Part shown: positions 60,961-64,000 of the stretch, piece by piece
How the letters are laid out: each line of letters starts with the position of its first letter
Numbering within the stretch: position 1 is the stretch's first letter
Assembly (NCBI GenBank): GCA_043228905.1
Contig: JBHGNT010000006.1
Coordinates: 1,240,001-1,304,000 of the forward strand
Length of the DNA stretch: 64,000 nucleotides
Direction of reading: 5' to 3'
Source of the DNA: Azolla caroliniana
Taxonomy: Eukaryota; Plantae; Polypodiophyta
The notes under the pieces: generated by a model
Told to the model about the DNA's origin: nothing
Seen by the model: the letters and a program-made list of their open reading frames with translations, nothing else
Database searches by the model: none
Translations under genes and position numbers: made by a program

Positions 60961-62639
60961 AAGCGTAGATGTCTGCAGTAGAGATTCTTTAACCCACGTG
61001 CTCTGATACCATGTTAAAGATTGCTTGCGGAAGCGTTAGAAAGAACAATACACAAAGAGAGAGAGAGTACGCGGGAGAGACAGAGAGAGGGAGAGCAGGA
61101 CACACTATTTTTCGAAATTATATGAATACTCTGTGCTCTTTGTATCTACAACGCGTTCATCAGCGCTATTTATACAAGTCCACACGGGACTGTTAGAAGT
61201 ACGATGTACTTCAATGCTCACACGAGCATCTGACACTAACGACGAGACTATAACTGGCTAGTAGTCTAACCTATACTAGGCTTCCGGTTACGGATTGGAT
61301 CCGGCATACCGGCTCCCCAGCTCACTGGTCCTTACTACTTACTGACTCGGTTGCTCACCGGCATACCGATTCATCTCGCTTACCGGCTCAGGCTTATTCA
61401 GTCGATCCGGCTCCGGTTGAGTTTGCCGCTCAACAAAATTAAAACCTAAACATTTATTAATAAGTCAAACCAAAGCAAACCATTTAATTATTTTAGAACT
61501 AATAAACCATTAAAGCATGGCTTAACAGTTCGGTTCAAGGTGAAAGTTTGATTCAACCCATAACTACCAATTGCATAATATTGAAAGTTTGATTCTACCC
61601 TTGTTTAATGCTTCAACACTCTCTCATTTGTTTCCCTCTACCACCTCTTCCGCATAGGCATATTGTTATGCCATATAATTTCCGTACAAAAGACTTTAAA
61701 TATGGATGACATCTAACGTGTTTCCATTGAAAATCAACGTTTGGTCTATCAAGTGATTAGAGTTAGTTCCCAAGTTGGTTTGCATCACAACATTGGAATT
61801 GTTGTTAGGAGGTGAATCAGCTACTTACGTTACTAGATGGGATGTCAATTTGACGAGAGGTAGAAAGTAATGGTGTAAACCCTCATGGATGGGGTGATAC
61901 TAGGTGAGATTGGTTATCTTTGAGAGTAGGAGAAGTAGTTGAGTACAATCAATACTGTTAGTGATAGGCGGCATAGTCAAGTGGGTGAAGGGTTGGTTTC
62001 TGGTGGCCATCGCACTGCAATTACCTTTTACTGTGATTAGTTCAACTTCTTCAATGGTCACCCAAGTGTTATACGACCCACTTGGGTAGATGCTTTTGGT
62101 GAGTGTTGTTTTGATTACAATAATAACACAATACTCACATGCACTACAACATGGTTAGGCTACCGAAGGAAATACATTGTCAGCTCATATCACTATATAT
62201 TTAGCACTTCCTTGAGCTTCCCATGTTCAACTAGTTACTTACCCTATTAACATAGTAGTCTTACCTCGATAGGATATAGAGTCCCAACAGATCTTGCATC
62301 CGCCCCAAAGGGTTGTACACAAACACTTACAAACATCAATTTGTAACTCGCAAGTTTCAAATTTATGTGTCATTCATGCACATTGCTCATAATTTTGATT
62401 GTTACACTAAGCAACTAAGAACAAGCGAATAAAGATGAGGGCATAGAGAGGAATGAAAAGGAGAAAATGTTATGTCTTTATAATTATAATTTTTGTTGTA
62501 TAAGGATCATTGTTAGGAAAAACACACCTTTACACATCGATGTTTATATGTTTTGGGCAAGTTGCCATTGAGCCATAAGGTCACATCTTGATGAATGATC
62601 ATGGTCTAGAGAGAGGGAGGGAGGGAGAGAACACTAGAG

Positions 62640-63300
62640 AGTTTATAATACATAACTCTAATCATGGATGGTGGTAGATATTAAAACATAGTTGGCATTC
62701 TAAATCACTAGTTGTAGTAAAAGTCTTCATTTGGAGAGTTTTGATTGAGGCTCTAAAGCGACGTGGACTAGCAATGGGCAATTGCTTTTTTTGCACTATT
62801 TAAAATGGAAGATCATTACACTCATCGTTACATACAATGTTTGATTACTTGTCAGATTTGGGCGTTATATTTCTTAAATGTGGCAAGTTTTATCACGTTG
62901 TTATTTGATGTCTAAACAATCGGTGTTTGCACAATTTGCACAGCTTGACCGAAAATCAAATATGGAGATCGTTTTTCCTATTTATGAGGTATTGGGGATT
63001 GCGTTATAGTTGGGATATGCATAATGCTTTTGTATTTGATAATAGGCATGGAGTGAAGCATATTGACAAAAGTCGAAGGCAGTACTAATGTGGTAATTTA
63101 CTTTATTGGAAGAAATGGAGTGAAAGCATATCTACTTGAAGGGACTACCAATGTGACAATTTTCTTTATTGGAAGAAGTGGAGTGAGGGCATATTTCCAA
63201 AAAGTTGAAGGGAGTACTAATGTGACAATTTTCTTTATTGGAACTCGTGGGAATTGTTTCCTCAATAGAGTGTTCGACTTGCATATTGGCAATTCATGTT
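62640..63300 (+). mobile_element. Degenerate LINE zf-RVT fragment with internal ~65-bp tandem repeats (63055-63245)
   Basis: KVFIWRVLI..LKRRGL..GNCFFC..H..IQC..W..LRYWGL, homologous to ORF 7953-8627. gaagg..gtactaatgtg.caatt..ctttattggaa occurs three times. Confidence 0.7.
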
Positions 63301-63429
63301 CCATGACACATGTAATTAGTTAGTAGGTGACAATACTCCATTCTCAGACTCATTGTATGTAGGGTTTTAGAGACACTAGTAATATAATTGTGGAGAGAGA
63401 GAGATAATTGCTTGTCTGCTCATATCTTC

Positions 63430-63870
63430 TTGGCTTTTTCTTATTTTTCTTTTGTTGTTGTTGTGAGGTAGATAGGGGATAACGTGACCCAGGTGCGAGT
63501 CGGGCAACATGTGGTTCCATTCAGTGAGAGACCAAGGTTTGTGGCAAGAATACATTGTCCTCCCTGAGACATATGTGGTGCCCTGTCTCCATTATGAGCT
63601 TATAATCTATTTGGAGGAGCCACACGTCATCCTGACGTATATAAATTTGAGTAGTTCATTCTTTTAGATATCTAATCTAATAATGCAATGTGCAAACCAT
63701 CAACATTGTGAGGCGTAATGAAGCAAATTGAAGAGTTGAAAGCCTTGGGGGCCGATGAGGTGATCAACTCCAATGAAGGTGATGTGGTCGACAAGATTAG
63801 GAAAATAACTAGAGGGAGCTTTGGCATATGGAGCAATTGACTGTGTAGGCGGAGAATTGACAAAGGTAAA
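63430..63870 (+). pseudogene. Partial duplicate of the MDR reductase gene (intron 1 end, exon 2 part, exon 4)
   Basis: gttgttgttgtgaggtag acceptor, IGDNVTQVRVGQHVVP, WQEYIVLPETYVVP, TINIVR, EELKALGADEVINSNEGDVVDKIRK. Frameshifts present, exon 3 missing and the exon-4 acceptor mutated. Confidence 0.85.
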
Positions 63871-63912
63871 CGCATGAATGGGTTGATTGTGTACCCTTGA
63901 TCATATATTTAA

Positions 63913-64000
63913 GGGAAAAGTACCAGGATACCCCTGGAAGTTCGTCTATTTACTAGAATGCCCCTGGAAGTTCCAAATTTACCAAACTACCCCTATGTCC
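63913..64000 (+). mobile_element. Possible left TIR of a Mutator-like MITE
   Basis: GGGAAAAGTACCA..ATACCCCTGGAAGTT with repeated CCCCTGGAAGTTC subterminal motifs. The other end is outside the window. Confidence 0.4.

Larger units (their letters stand above)
55291..61435 (-). mobile_element. Ty1/Copia LTR retrotransposon, internally deleted and chimeric
   Basis: LTRs 55291-55720 and 61012-61435 (TG..CA, about 22 substitutions by eye). TSD AAATT (55286-90, 61436-40). PBS TGGTATCAGAGC (61000-61011, -) and PPT CTTGAGGGGGAG (55721-32, -). Order gag, pre-integrase, RT, RNase H. Confidence 0.95.

Overview
Eukaryotic plant nuclear DNA, probably from a non-seed vascular plant such as a fern. That placement is an inference from the long PLS-type PPR gene, GT-AG introns, chromovirus and PEG10/sushi-like gag elements and AT-rich intergenic DNA. 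Host genes: an intact single-exon PLS-E PPR gene (12720-15935, -), an 11-exon MIP1-leucine-zipper/DUF547 gene (32544-36699, +), a 696-aa low-complexity orphan ORF (38209-40299, -) and a 6-exon MDR-family enoyl-reductase/quinone-oxidoreductase-like gene (51334-53192, +). There are also pseudogene copies of a PPR gene and of the reductase. Mobile DNA: a young full-length Ty3/Gypsy chromovirus (19518-26630, TSD ATACT), an internally rearranged Ty1/Copia (55291-61435, TSD AAATT) and several LINE fragments. The most unusual object is a gag-only retroelement present twice (45731-47820 and 58659-60360). Its ends are INVERTED copies of the LTR U3-R region, and a reverse-copied, CCA-tailed tRNA-Glu 3' half sits at the internal junction. 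A 5-bp target-site duplication (GTTGA) inside a Copia RT frame can be reconstructed by combining the two copies. All alignments and mismatch counts were done by eye.
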